Source: Candidatus Methylomirabilia bacterium (GTDB lineage: Bacteria; Methylomirabilota; Methylomirabilia; Rokubacteriales; CSP1-6). Taken from it: DNA of 61,963 bases. This document shows positions 1-9,754 of the stretch, piece by piece (within the stretch, counting starts at the first letter, position 1; the number at the start of each line of letters is the position of its first letter). The stretch is from the NCBI GenBank assembly GCA_041497895.1, contig JBGQHJ010000009.1:1-61963 (forward strand). The letters are read 5' to 3'. The position numbers were made by a program, and so were the translations under genes. The notes below the pieces were generated by a model. The model saw only the letters and a list, made by a program, of their open reading frames with translations, searched no databases and was not told the DNA's origin.

Positions 1-103
1 CCGGCCCGTCTTCCGCCGGCACCCAGGCGCGCCCGATCAGCAGGGCGTCGGCGGCGTCGCGCGGACGGCAGTCGCGGGCGGAGAGCCGCGGGGCCGGGCT
101 CAT
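1..103 (-). CDS. 5' part of a gene running off the window edge; probable fumarylacetoacetate hydrolase family protein
   Basis: ATG at 103 overlaps the TGA of the upstream gene (ATGA). It reads MSPAPRLSARDCRPRDAADALLIGRAWVPAEDGP; the 'LIGRAWVP..GP' segment resembles the N-terminus of FAH-family proteins. Only 34 codons are visible. Confidence 0.45.
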   Translation of the reverse strand, partial: MSPAPRLSARDCRPRDAADALLIGRAWVPAEDGP

Positions 104-1260
104 CGAAGCGCCGCGTACACGGCGTCGACCAGGCTCGCCACGCGCCGATGCGGATGCCGGGCGGTGCCGATGACGTACTGGTTGGTCACGTAGCCGAAGG
201 CGACGCGGGCGTCCGGGTCGGCGAAGCCGACCGAGCCTCCGTGGCCCGGGTGGCCGAAGGTGCGCCGGCCGGGACCGCAGTCGAAGACCCCGCCCGGCAT
301 GCCCAGCATGAAGCCGCTGGCGAAACGGGTGGGGAGAGTGAGGACCTCGTCGCGGCCCGACGACTGCTCGACGATGGCGCGGTCGATGGCCGCGGGGGTG
401 AGCAACCGGATCCCGTCGATCTCGCCGCCGCGGGCGAGCGCGGCGTAGACGCGCGCGACCCCGCGGGCGCTGGTGTGCCCGTTGGCCCCCGGGATCTCGG
501 CCGCGCGCCAGGCGCGCGTGTTGACCAGGTCGGCGCTGCGGGGCGGATTGAGAAACGTGCGGCCGGAGACCGATTCCGGATCGGCCAGGATGGTGTCCCA
601 GATCGTGGGCTCGGTCGGCGGCGGGGGCGGCAGGACGGTGGCCGCGCGGCGGTCGATCTCCTCGGGCACGCCGATGAAGAAGTCGGCGTGGAGCGGCCCG
701 GTGACCTCGTCGCGGAGGAACGCCCCGACGCTGCGCCCGTCCACGCGGCGGATGACCTCGCCGACGAGATGGCCGAAGGTGATCGCGTGATAGCCGTGGC
801 GGCTGCCCGGCGCCCACCAGGGTAGGCTTTCCGCGAGCGCGGCGGTCATGGCCGACCAGTCGAGCAGCGCCTCCGCGGGCAGCGTCCGGCGAATGGCGGG
901 CAGCCCCGCGCGGTGGCTCAGGAGCCAGCGTACCGGGATGTCCTCCTTGCCGGCCTGGGCGAACTCTGGCCAGTAGCGCGCCACCGGCGCGTCCAGGTCG
1001 AGCTTGCCGCGCTCGGCCAGCATGTGGGCGCAGAGCGCGACCATCCCCTTGGTGGTCGAGGCCACGCTGACGATCGTGTCCGCGGTCCACGGCCGGGCGC
1101 GGGCCGCGTCGGTGTGGCCGCCCCAGCAGTCCACCACCCGCGCCCCGTCGAGGTACACGCAGACGGAGGCGCCCACGTCGCCGCGCTCGGTGAAGTTCCG
1201 GAAGAACTCCTCGCGGACCGCGGTGAAGCGGGGCTCGCAGTGCCCGTCGACCGTCAGCAT
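100..1260 (-). CDS. Serine hydrolase, beta-lactamase/class C esterase family
   Basis: SxxK motif (ASTTK), 'LLSHRAGLP', 'HGYHAITFG' and 'FGHPGHGG'. Start chosen at MLTVDG. Confidence 0.85.
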   Translation of the reverse strand: MLTVDGHCEPRFTAVREEFFRNFTERGDVGASVCVYLDGARVVDCWGGHTDAARARPWTADTIVSVASTTKGMVALCAHMLAERGKLDLDAPVARYWPEFAQAGKEDIPVRWLLSHRAGLPAIRRTLPAEALLDWSAMTAALAESLPWWAPGSRHGYHAITFGHLVGEVIRRVDGRSVGAFLRDEVTGPLHADFFIGVPEEIDRRAATVLPPPPPTEPTIWDTILADPESVSGRTFLNPPRSADLVNTRAWRAAEIPGANGHTSARGVARVYAALARGGEIDGIRLLTPAAIDRAIVEQSSGRDEVLTLPTRFASGFMLGMPGGVFDCGPGRRTFGHPGHGGSVGFADPDARVAFGYVTNQYVIGTARHPHRRVASLVDAVYAALR

Positions 1261-1607
1261 CGGGTCACGTGGGCGGAGACCGCGAGCCAGCGGCCGCCCT
1301 GGCGCGCCCACACGTCGGTGTAGCGTCCTCCGCCCGGCTGGCCGTCGGGCTTCTTGTAGGCGGTGCGCGCGTGGATGATCGCCACGTCGCCCAGGAGCCG
1401 GATCAGCACGTCGTGCGCCTCGAGCTGGGAGATCGTGACCGGACGCGCGGTCTGGGCGAGGAACGCGGCGCGGTCGATCAGGGTGCCGTCGGGGTTCGAG
1501 CAGTAGAACTCCTTGGCCAGGATCTCGTCGAAGCGGCGGACGTCGCCGTTCTGGACCGAGGAGATGTAGTCGCGGTTGAGGCCTTCCAGGATCTCGAGGT
1601 CCGACAT
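1254..1607 (-). CDS. NTF2-like (DUF4440) protein
   Basis: 117 aa, MSDLEILEGLNRDY...GRYTDVWARQGGRWLAVSAHV, a typical DUF4440 C-terminus; GGAGG RBS upstream. Confidence 0.8.
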   Translation of the reverse strand: MSDLEILEGLNRDYISSVQNGDVRRFDEILAKEFYCSNPDGTLIDRAAFLAQTARPVTISQLEAHDVLIRLLGDVAIIHARTAYKKPDGQPGGGRYTDVWARQGGRWLAVSAHVTRC

Positions 1608-1618
1608 GGCGGTCCTCC

Positions 1619-3094
1619 TCAGGATGCGTCGTAGCCGGACGGCTTGCGGAAGCCGCCGATCTCGCGGGCCAGCCGCGCGGTGAAGCGGATCGGGGTCAGG
1701 TCCTCGAGGTACGGGCCGATCGCCTGCAGCCCGATCGGCAGCCCCTCGCGGGAGAGGCCCACCGGGAATGCGGTGGCGGGCTGGCCCGGCACCGTCGACA
1801 GCGCGGGGTAGCCGAGGCCGTGCAGGTACGGGACCGAGGCGCCGTTCACCGAGAAGCTCAGGGTCAGGTCGCTGTCGTCGGCCGGCCACGCGCGCTCGAT
1901 GTGCGGATACGCGAGCACGTTGATGGCGGGGGCCAGCAGCACGTCCCACTCGCGGAAGAACGCGCGCCACGCGGCACGGTGCTGCTCGCGGCGGCCGTTC
2001 CACAGGATGTAGTCGCCCGCGGTGCCCTCGAGCCCGCGCGCGGCGCCCAGCGAGAAGTCGTCGCCCGCGCGCTTGAAGGTCTCGACGCGCTGGCGCCGCG
2101 TGTCGGCGTCGATGCGCGCGCCGGTCACCGCGGAGAGCAGCGTGCGGTAGAAGGCGTGGTACTCGCGGTGATCGCCGAGCCCGTCCGGCTGGATCTCCTT
2201 GACCATCGCGCCCATCTTGGCGAGGCGACCGGCCAGATCTTGCAGCGCCGCCGTGATCTGATCGTCCACCGGAAGCCACGAGATCGGGGGCAGCACCGCC
2301 ACCCGGAAGTCGGCGAGGCGCTCACGCCGGGCGGGCGGCAGTGTGACCTTCCACGCCACGTCCTCGCCCGCCTCCGGGCCGGCCAGCACCGAGAGCGCCA
2401 GCTCCAGATCCTCCGCGCTCCGGGCGAGGGGGCCCTGCACCCCCATGACGACCGCCGGGTTGGGCAGGGGCGGCATCGGGAACTGGCCGCTCTTCGGCAG
2501 CAGGGTCTCGCTCGGGCGGTGCCCGTAGATCCCGCAGAAGGCGGCCGGCACGCGGATGGAACCGCCGATGTCGGAGCCGACCTCGAGGGCGCTGAGCCCG
2601 GCCGCGATGGCGGCCGCGCTGCCGCCGCTGCTGCCGCTCGGGGTGCGCGTGAGATCCCAGGGGTTGTTGGTCCGCCCGTAGATGGGATTGGCCGACTGCC
2701 AGTCCGCGAGCATGGGCGGCACGTTGGTCTTGCCGAGGAGCACCGCGCCCGCGGCGCGGGTGCGCGTGGCGACCGGCGCGTCGTGCTGCGAGATGAAGCC
2801 CTTCCAGTCCGGCACCCCGCAGGTCGTGTGCAGCCCGGTGACGTTGATGGACTCCTTGAGGGTGATCGGCAGGCCGAGGAGGGGGCGATGCTCGCCGCGC
2901 GCCCGGGCGTGCTCGGCCCCCACCGCCTGCTCCCGGGCGCGGGTGTAGTCGCGCACCACCACCGCGTTGAGCGCGCGGTCGTGGCGCTCGACGCGACGGA
3001 TGTAGAGCTCGGTCAGCTCCGGCGCGGTGATGGTGCCGCTACGGAGCGCGCCGACCAGCGCGGTCGCGGTCGAGAACGGGTCGATGTCGGCCAT
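1619..3094 (-). CDS. Amidase (amidase-signature family)
   Basis: 'GLPITLKES', 'GKTNVP', 'SGSSGGSAAA' and 'GSDIGGSIR' (Lys-cisSer-Ser triad motifs). Start at MADIDP. Confidence 0.9.
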   Translation of the reverse strand: MADIDPFSTATALVGALRSGTITAPELTELYIRRVERHDRALNAVVVRDYTRAREQAVGAEHARARGEHRPLLGLPITLKESINVTGLHTTCGVPDWKGFISQHDAPVATRTRAAGAVLLGKTNVPPMLADWQSANPIYGRTNNPWDLTRTPSGSSGGSAAAIAAGLSALEVGSDIGGSIRVPAAFCGIYGHRPSETLLPKSGQFPMPPLPNPAVVMGVQGPLARSAEDLELALSVLAGPEAGEDVAWKVTLPPARRERLADFRVAVLPPISWLPVDDQITAALQDLAGRLAKMGAMVKEIQPDGLGDHREYHAFYRTLLSAVTGARIDADTRRQRVETFKRAGDDFSLGAARGLEGTAGDYILWNGRREQHRAAWRAFFREWDVLLAPAINVLAYPHIERAWPADDSDLTLSFSVNGASVPYLHGLGYPALSTVPGQPATAFPVGLSREGLPIGLQAIGPYLEDLTPIRFTARLAREIGGFRKPSGYDAS

Positions 3095-3111
3095 GGCGGC
3101 TCTCCTTCCCC

Positions 3112-4755
3112 TCACCGCACCCAGCCGCCGTGGACCGGGTGGTGCGAGCAGATGAACTCCACGAACGCGGGGCGGCCCTTGGCATTCTCGTCGAAGGCGC
3201 GCTTGAGCGCGGGGATGATCTCGGCGGGCTGGGTCACGTCCTCGGCGTGGAAGCCGACCGCGCGCGCCATGTTGGCCATGCAGGCCGAGCCGTGGTCGGA
3301 GACCTTCCAGGTATAGGGATCGTGGCCCTCGCCCCAGAAGCCGGGGCCGTAGCCCGAGTAGCCGCCGTTGTTGATGTGGATGGTGGTGATGCCGATGCGG
3401 TAGCGGGCCACCGCCTCGAAGTTGCCCATCATGTAGCAGACGCCCGCGTCGCCGGTCACGTGCACGCACTGGCGCTGCGGGTAGGCGAGCTTGGCCGCGA
3501 CCGCGCCGGCCAGGCTGAAGCCGAGGGTCGAGACGTTGCCCCAGCCGAGGTAGCCGCGCGGGATCTGCGCCTCGTACACGGTGCTGGTCTGGTCGCGGGT
3601 GTTGCCGGAGTCGGCGGTGAGGAACGAGTTCTTCGGATCGAGCACCTTGGCGAGGTCGCCGAACACCCGGTAGGGGTTGATCGGCGTCTCGCTCGACTCG
3701 AGCCACGGGCGGAACTTGTCCTTGAAGACCTGCCGCGCCCAGCGGATCTCCTCGAGGACCTCCGGCTTCTTGCGCGCGCCCTTGCTCTGGAGCTCGGCCA
3801 CCAGGGCCTGGAGCGTGAGCTTGGCGTCGCCGATCACCGCGTGGCGGGTCTCGTAGCTGCGATTGATGTCGAGGGTGTCGATCGTGCACTGCACGATCGT
3901 CTTCTTGTGCGCGTCCGGCACCGTGTGGCTGAAGCGGCCGGGGAACAGGCTCGAGCCGATCGAGAACAGGAGATCGCACTTGCGCAGGAAGTGGTCGGCC
4001 ATCGAGCCGCGCACCCCGACCGAGAGCGGGTGGCTCTCCGGGAACACCCCCTTGGCCTTGAGCGTGGTCAGCACCGGGATCTGGGCCGCCTCCGCGAACT
4101 GCAGCAGCTCGGCCGCCGCGTCCGCGTAGCAGACGCCCTCGCCCACGTGGAGCAGGGGATCCTTGGCCGCGAGCAGCGCGCGGATCGCCGACTTGACGTC
4201 GTCCGGATCGGGCCCGGTGCGCCAGCCCTTCACCGGGGAATACGGATGCTCGTCGGGATCGTACTCGCCGAGATCGCGCGGGATCAGGAGCAGCACCGGG
4301 CCCGGCCGGCCGGAGCGGAGATGCGTGTAGGCGCGGCGCGTGTACTCCGGGATGAGATCGGCGCGGTCAACCTTGCCCACCCACTTGGTGACCGGCCTGA
4401 AGGCCTCGGCCATGTCGAAGTGGGTGTGGCGGCTCGCGCCCACGCCGAGTCCTTCCGCGATCACCAGCATCGGCGAGGAGTCCTCCCACGCCTGGGCCAC
4501 CGCCCCGAACGCCATCTGGATGCCCGCCGCGTTGAGGCCGGCCATGACGGTGCAGACCCCGATCTGCTTGCCGTTGGTGACGCGGGAGAAGCCGTCGGCC
4601 ACCGCGACCGCGAAGCGCTCCTCGCCCATCATGAGGATCGGCATGCCCTCCTCGCCGAGCGCGTTGTTCACCGGGCTCGTCGGGTAGCAGCTCACCCACG
4701 GGGTGCCCTCGGACTTGAGAATGCGGGCGAAGCCGTTGACCGCCTTGATCTTCAT
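3112..4755 (-). CDS. Thiamine-diphosphate-dependent enzyme (acetolactate synthase-like superfamily)
   Basis: N-terminal 'EERFAVAVADG' and ThDP motif 'GDAG...INN'. Start at MKIKAV. Confidence 0.85.
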   Translation of the reverse strand: MKIKAVNGFARILKSEGTPWVSCYPTSPVNNALGEEGMPILMMGEERFAVAVADGFSRVTNGKQIGVCTVMAGLNAAGIQMAFGAVAQAWEDSSPMLVIAEGLGVGASRHTHFDMAEAFRPVTKWVGKVDRADLIPEYTRRAYTHLRSGRPGPVLLLIPRDLGEYDPDEHPYSPVKGWRTGPDPDDVKSAIRALLAAKDPLLHVGEGVCYADAAAELLQFAEAAQIPVLTTLKAKGVFPESHPLSVGVRGSMADHFLRKCDLLFSIGSSLFPGRFSHTVPDAHKKTIVQCTIDTLDINRSYETRHAVIGDAKLTLQALVAELQSKGARKKPEVLEEIRWARQVFKDKFRPWLESSETPINPYRVFGDLAKVLDPKNSFLTADSGNTRDQTSTVYEAQIPRGYLGWGNVSTLGFSLAGAVAAKLAYPQRQCVHVTGDAGVCYMMGNFEAVARYRIGITTIHINNGGYSGYGPGFWGEGHDPYTWKVSDHGSACMANMARAVGFHAEDVTQPAEIIPALKRAFDENAKGRPAFVEFICSHHPVHGGWVR

Positions 4756-5552
4756 GCCGTCTCCTTTGGTTTGCGGATCTCCGCGACGGCGGTCGCGAAC
4801 CCGGCGCGCAGGATGCCCACGTCGGAGGAATAGTTGACGATGGTCGCGCCGAGCGCGATCACCTCCCGCACCGCCTCGATCGTATCGACCGCCATCGCCA
4901 CCGTCTTGCCGTGCCTGCGCGCGGCCTCGCCCAGCCGCACCCGATGCTCGCGGAGGACGTCTTTCTGGGACGGCGCGCCCAGGACGCCCAGGTCCTGGGC
5001 CAGGTCGGTCGGGCCGATGGTGAGCGCGTCGATGCCGGGGACCGCCGCGATCTCGTCGAGGCGCGCGAAGGCGCCCCGGCTCTCGAGCATCGCGGTCACG
5101 TGCACGCGGGCGTTCGCGGTCGCCATGTGCTCGGCGGGCGGCCGCACCCGGAACGCGGTGTGCGGGCCCGAGCCGTACATGCCGCGCGAGCCGAGCGGGG
5201 CGTAGCGGGTCGCCGCCACCACCGCCGCCGCGTGCTCGCCGGACTCCACCTGGGGGATGTGCAGGTTCCACACCCCGGCGTCCAGCAGCCGGGTGATCCA
5301 CTCGCGGTTGCCGTCCGGCGGGCGAACGACCAGAGGGAAGTCGAGCGCGCGCGCGAGGGCCGCCATGTCGGCCACCGTCTCGATGGAGAACGCGGAGTGC
5401 TCGAGGTCGAGACGCGCGTAGTCGAGGCCGGCGGCCTGCAGGAGCGTGAGCACGCTGGGCGTGCGGATCATGGTGATCCAGGTCCCGATCTGGACCTCCC
5501 CGCGCTCGGCCCGCGCGCGGTAGGCGTTCTTTGGCAGCTCGCTCACCGCCAT
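4752..5552 (-). CDS. HpcH/HpaI aldolase family protein
   Basis: 'LDLEHS', 'VVRPP', 'MLES' and 'IGPTDL' motifs. Confidence 0.85.
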   Translation of the reverse strand: MAVSELPKNAYRARAERGEVQIGTWITMIRTPSVLTLLQAAGLDYARLDLEHSAFSIETVADMAALARALDFPLVVRPPDGNREWITRLLDAGVWNLHIPQVESGEHAAAVVAATRYAPLGSRGMYGSGPHTAFRVRPPAEHMATANARVHVTAMLESRGAFARLDEIAAVPGIDALTIGPTDLAQDLGVLGAPSQKDVLREHRVRLGEAARRHGKTVAMAVDTIEAVREVIALGATIVNYSSDVGILRAGFATAVAEIRKPKETA

Positions 5553-5553
5553 C

Positions 5554-6357
5554 TCACGAGCCCCAGCTCACGCTCTCGCCGCCGTCCACGATGAGGGAGA
5601 CCCCGGTGATGAAGCCGGCTTCCTCGGAGTGCAGGAAGAGCGCCGCGTTCGCCACGTCCCACCCGGTGCCCATGCGCCGGCCGAGCGGTACCCGGCGGTC
5701 GCGCGCGGCGATGACCTCTTCTCGAGCGGTGCCGGCCGCTACCCGGGACTCGATCGCCATCGGCGTGTTCATCAGCCCGGGCAGGATCGAGTTGGCGCGC
5801 ACGCCGTAGCGCGCGTTGTGGGCGGCCAGGTTCTCGGTGAGCGCCACCACCGCGGCCTTGGTGGTCTTGTAGCCCACCAGCGGGTAGGCGTTCAGCGCGG
5901 CCATCGACGCGATGTTCACGATGGAGCCGCGCGCCTCCCGCAGGGCGGGCAGGGCGTGCTTGCAGGTGAGCCAGGTGGCCTTCAGGTTGACGGCCAGGCT
6001 GCGGTCGAAGGCCTCCTCGGTGAGGTCGGTCGCCACCGCGTCGCCCAGGGCCAGGCTCGCGCCCACGTTGTTGTGGAGGATGTCGATCCGCCCGAAGCGC
6101 TCCCGGGCCGCCGCGATCAGGCGCTTGACGTCGTCCTCCCGGGTCACGTCGGCGGCGAAGGCCCAGGCGCGGCCGCCTTCGGCCTCGATCATGTCGGCGG
6201 TTTCCTGGGCGGAGGCCAGCGCGCGGTCGACGACACACACGTGCGCGCCCTCCCGTCCCAGCACGATGGCGGTGGCCCGCCCGTTGCCGACCGTCTGACC
6301 CGGGGTCTGGCCGCCCCCGACGACGATGGCCGCCTTGCCCTCGACGCGCTTGCCCAT
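5554..6357 (-). CDS. Short-chain dehydrogenase/reductase
   Basis: Gly-rich 'VGGGQTPGQTVGNG', 'NNVG', YxxxK (YKTTK) and 'NSILPG'. Confidence 0.9.
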   Translation of the reverse strand: MGKRVEGKAAIVVGGGQTPGQTVGNGRATAIVLGREGAHVCVVDRALASAQETADMIEAEGGRAWAFAADVTREDDVKRLIAAARERFGRIDILHNNVGASLALGDAVATDLTEEAFDRSLAVNLKATWLTCKHALPALREARGSIVNIASMAALNAYPLVGYKTTKAAVVALTENLAAHNARYGVRANSILPGLMNTPMAIESRVAAGTAREEVIAARDRRVPLGRRMGTGWDVANAALFLHSEEAGFITGVSLIVDGGESVSWGS

Positions 6358-6368
6358 CGGGGAGCGGG

Positions 6369-6827
6369 CTACTGCGGACGGAAGCCCGAGGAGCCGACCC
6401 AGCCGGTCTCGGAGACGTCCAGCATGACCCCGTCGGGGCCGGAGTACTTCACCTCGACATTGCCCCGCCTCTTCGCGTCGCGGTTGGCGTGGCGTGGCTC
6501 GCCCCGACCCACCCCGAGCGCCTCGTTGACGTCGTCGCGGCGCGAGGAGCCCGCGGCGGCCAGGCGCAGGGCGATCTCCTCGAGGCTCTCGACCTGGAAG
6601 CCGATGTGGTGGATGCCCGAGAAGTCCTTCCCGCGCTCGACCCCGGCCACCGCGTCGTTCTTGAAGTTGAGCACCGCCACGTTGAGATCGCCGTCGGTGA
6701 GGAAGAAGCCGCTGACCGCGGGATGATCCACCCGCCCGATCTGCTTCATCCCGAACACGTCGACGTAGAACTCGGCGGTCTTCTCGGGGTCCTGGGTCGA
6801 CAGCGCGATGTGCTTGATCTTCGGCAT
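6369..6827 (-). CDS. VOC (glyoxalase-like) family protein
   Basis: 'KIKHIAL', 'FYVDVFGM', 'GIHHIGFQV' and 'GPDGVMLDV'. Confidence 0.85.
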   Translation of the reverse strand: MPKIKHIALSTQDPEKTAEFYVDVFGMKQIGRVDHPAVSGFFLTDGDLNVAVLNFKNDAVAGVERGKDFSGIHHIGFQVESLEEIALRLAAAGSSRRDDVNEALGVGRGEPRHANRDAKRRGNVEVKYSGPDGVMLDVSETGWVGSSGFRPQ

Positions 6828-6902
6828 GGGGCCTCCTTGGCCCCTCCCTTCTACCGCGGCCCCGCGGCCTGCGCAAGCGCATCCCGCCCGGGCCGCGCGA
6901 CC

Positions 6903-6911
6903 TGCTACACT
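6903..6911 (+). promoter_or_regulatory. Putative extended -10 promoter (TGcTACACT) for the TRAP operon
   Basis: TGnTAnnnT 45 nt upstream of the dctP start, followed by a GGAGG RBS. Confidence 0.45.
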
Positions 6912-6956
6912 ACCGCCCGCAGGCAGATCCGCGAATCCCCGAGGGAGGACGATCCG

Positions 6957-7985
6957 ATGGCCATGTTCACGAGAGTCGCGCTGACCGCGCTGGCCCTGAT
7001 CGCGGCCGTCGTGTCGCCCGCGATCGGGCAGACCACCACGCTCACGATGTCGTCGTGGGTGTCGCCCCAGCACCACCTCACCAGCGTCGTGCTGCAGGGT
7101 TGGGCCAACGAGGTCGAGAAGGCCACCGGCGGCCGGGTCAAGCTGACCATGCTACCCAAGCATCCCTCCGCACCGCCGGGCACCTTCGACGCGGTGCGGG
7201 ACGGGCTGGTCGACGTTTCCTACGTCACCGCCAGCTACACGCCGGCCCGGCACATCCTGCCGCTCATGGCCGAGCTGCCGGGGGCGGGGGACACCGCGCT
7301 CGTCAACTCGGTGGCCTACTCGCGCATCTACTGGAAGCACTTCCACGCGGTCGGCGAGTACAAGGGCGTGAAGCTCCTCGGCGTCTTCACCCACGGCCCC
7401 GGGCAGATGTTCACCAAGCGGCCGGTCAACGGGATCGCCGACGTGCAGGGGCTCAAGATCCGCACCGGGGGCGGCGTCGCGGAGGCGGTGGCCAAGGCGC
7501 TCGGCGCGTCCGCCTTCGTCAAGCCCGCGCCGGAGTCCTACGAGCTGCTCAAGGGCGGGGTGGCCGACGGGGTGTTCTTCCCCCTCGAGTCGATCATCTC
7601 GTTCAAGCTCGAGACCGTGCTCGAGCAGGCCACGCTCTTCCCGGGCGGCATGTACAGCTCGGCCTTCGGCTTCTTCATGAACGAGGACAAGTGGAACAAG
7701 CTCGCCAAGGAGGACCAGGCCGCGATCGAGAAGGTCTCGGGCGAGCACCTCGCGCGCCTGGCCGGTCGCTCCTGGGACGAGGCCGACGCCAAGGGGCTCG
7801 AGGCGCTCAAGAAGTCCGGGGTGAAGATCGTCACCGCCGACCCCGCCTTCGCGGCCGAGGTGGCGAAGCGCTCCGCGCCCATCGTGGACGACTGGATCAA
7901 GAAGGCTTCCGCCAAGGGGGTGGACGCGGCGAAGATCCTCGCCGAGTTCCGCGCCGAGCTCAGGAAGGTCGCCGCCGGCCAGTGA
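6957..7985 (+). CDS. dctP: TRAP transporter solute-binding protein (DctP family)
   Basis: Signal peptide, 'GLKIRT' and 'GVADG'; first gene of a dctPQM arrangement. Confidence 0.9.
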   Translation: MAMFTRVALTALALIAAVVSPAIGQTTTLTMSSWVSPQHHLTSVVLQGWANEVEKATGGRVKLTMLPKHPSAPPGTFDAVRDGLVDVSYVTASYTPARHILPLMAELPGAGDTALVNSVAYSRIYWKHFHAVGEYKGVKLLGVFTHGPGQMFTKRPVNGIADVQGLKIRTGGGVAEAVAKALGASAFVKPAPESYELLKGGVADGVFFPLESIISFKLETVLEQATLFPGGMYSSAFGFFMNEDKWNKLAKEDQAAIEKVSGEHLARLAGRSWDEADAKGLEALKKSGVKIVTADPAFAAEVAKRSAPIVDDWIKKASAKGVDAAKILAEFRAELRKVAAGQ

Positions 7986-8452
7986 CCGCGCGCTCCGTGT
8001 GGGGGCGGCGCGTCGAGGGCCTCCTCGGCGTCGCCGCCTCCGCTATTTTGTTGACCCTGATGGGCCTCACGTTCGTCGACGTGATCGCCCGCTACGTGTT
8101 CAACCGGCCGCTCGCGGGGGCCTTCGAGCTCACCGAGCTGCTGCTCCTGGTGCTCATCTTCGCGGGCCTCCCCCTCGTCACCCACGCCGACGAGCACGCC
8201 CTGATGGACTTCATCGACCGCCCGCTCGGGCCGCGGGCCACCCGGGTGCTGGAGCGGCTGGTGCAGCTCCTGTGCGCGGGAGTGATGGCCCTGCTCACCT
8301 GGCTGGTGTGGCTCAAGGCCGACCGCATCTGGGCCTACCGGGACGCCACCGACGTGCTGCGCATCGTCTACGGGCCGTTCGTCTACTTCATGGCCGTCAC
8401 CATCGGGCTCACCGCGGTGATCCACCTGTACAAGGTCGTGGAGCGCCGGTGA
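7982..8452 (+). CDS. dctQ: TRAP transporter small permease (DctQ)
   Basis: GTGA overlap with dctP; 'DVIARYVFNRPLAGAFELTE'; 4 predicted TM segments. Confidence 0.9.
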   Translation: MTARSVWGRRVEGLLGVAASAILLTLMGLTFVDVIARYVFNRPLAGAFELTELLLLVLIFAGLPLVTHADEHALMDFIDRPLGPRATRVLERLVQLLCAGVMALLTWLVWLKADRIWAYRDATDVLRIVYGPFVYFMAVTIGLTAVIHLYKVVERR

Positions 8453-9747
8453 TCGAGGGGCTGATCGGCCTCTGCGCCATGATGGTGCTGGCCTTCCTGC
8501 GCGTGCCGATCTCCTACGCGATGGGGATCGTCGGCATCGTGGGCTACGCCTACATGCGCGACTGGAACTGGTGGGTCGCCTTCGCGACCGCCCAGACCAA
8601 GATCTACGAGACCGGGCGCAACTACACGCTCTCGGTGGTGCCGCTGTTCATCCTGATGGGCAACCTGGTCACCCGGGCCGGCATGTCGCAGGAGCTGTTC
8701 CGGGCCGCCTACGCCTTCATCGGCCACCTGCGCGGAGGGCTCGCGATGGCCACCGTGTGGGCCTCCGCCGGCTTCGGGGGCATCTGCGGCTCCTCCATCG
8801 CCACCGCGGCCACCATGGCCAAGGTCGCGTACCCGTCGATGAAGCGCTTCGGCTATCACGACCAGCTCGCGGCGGGCACGGTGGCGGGGGCGGGGACCCT
8901 CGGGATCATGATCCCGCCGTCCACCATCATGATCATCTACGGCGTGTTCACCGAGACCAACATCGGCAAGCTCTTCGCGGCCGGCGTGCTGCCCGGCATC
9001 CTCGGCGCGATCCTGCTCTGCCTCGCCATCGTCTGCACCACGTGGCGGCACCCCGACTGGGGCCCGCCCGGCCGTCGTTCCTCCTGGCGTGAGCGCGGGG
9101 CCGCGCTGCGCGACGTGTGGGCGGTGGCGGTCCTCTTCCTGTTCGTGATGGGCGGCATCTACGGCGGCCTCTTCACCGCCACCGAGGGGGCGGGCATGGG
9201 GGCGACGGGCGCGCTGGTCTTCGCGCTCGCCCGGCGGGCGCTCACCTGGCGCACGCTCTACGACGCGCTGCTCGAGTCCGCGCGCACCACCTCGATGCTG
9301 TTCCTGATCCTGATCGGCGCGCTCATGTTCGCCGAGTTCGTCAACATCACCACCATGCCCGCCGACCTCAAGGCCCTCGTCTCGCGCCTGGGCCTGAGCC
9401 CGCTCATGGTGGTCTCGCTCATCTGCGCCATCTACGTCGTGCTGGGCACCGCGATGGAGGAGCTGTCGATGGTGCTGCTCACCATGCCGGTCTTCTTTCC
9501 GGTGGTCGTGGATCTCGGGTTCGACCCGGTGTGGTTCGGCATCATCATCGTGTGCGTGGTGGAGATCGGGCTCATCAGCCCGCCGGTGGGCATGAACATG
9601 TTCGTGCTCAAGACGCTCTTGCCCGAGGTATCGACCGGCACCGTCTTCCGCGGCGTGATGCCGTTCATGTGGGCCGACGTCGTCCGCCTTGCCATCCTGG
9701 TGGCGTTCCCGATCATCTCGCTCTGGCTGCCGAGCCTCATGCGCTGA
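8449..9747 (+). CDS. dctM: TRAP transporter large permease (DctM)
   Basis: 'GTLGIMIPPS', 'FDPVWFG' and 'ISPPVGMN'; GTGA overlap. Confidence 0.92.
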   Translation: MIEGLIGLCAMMVLAFLRVPISYAMGIVGIVGYAYMRDWNWWVAFATAQTKIYETGRNYTLSVVPLFILMGNLVTRAGMSQELFRAAYAFIGHLRGGLAMATVWASAGFGGICGSSIATAATMAKVAYPSMKRFGYHDQLAAGTVAGAGTLGIMIPPSTIMIIYGVFTETNIGKLFAAGVLPGILGAILLCLAIVCTTWRHPDWGPPGRRSSWRERGAALRDVWAVAVLFLFVMGGIYGGLFTATEGAGMGATGALVFALARRALTWRTLYDALLESARTTSMLFLILIGALMFAEFVNITTMPADLKALVSRLGLSPLMVVSLICAIYVVLGTAMEELSMVLLTMPVFFPVVVDLGFDPVWFGIIIVCVVEIGLISPPVGMNMFVLKTLLPEVSTGTVFRGVMPFMWADVVRLAILVAFPIISLWLPSLMR

Positions 9748-9754
9748 CAAGGCC

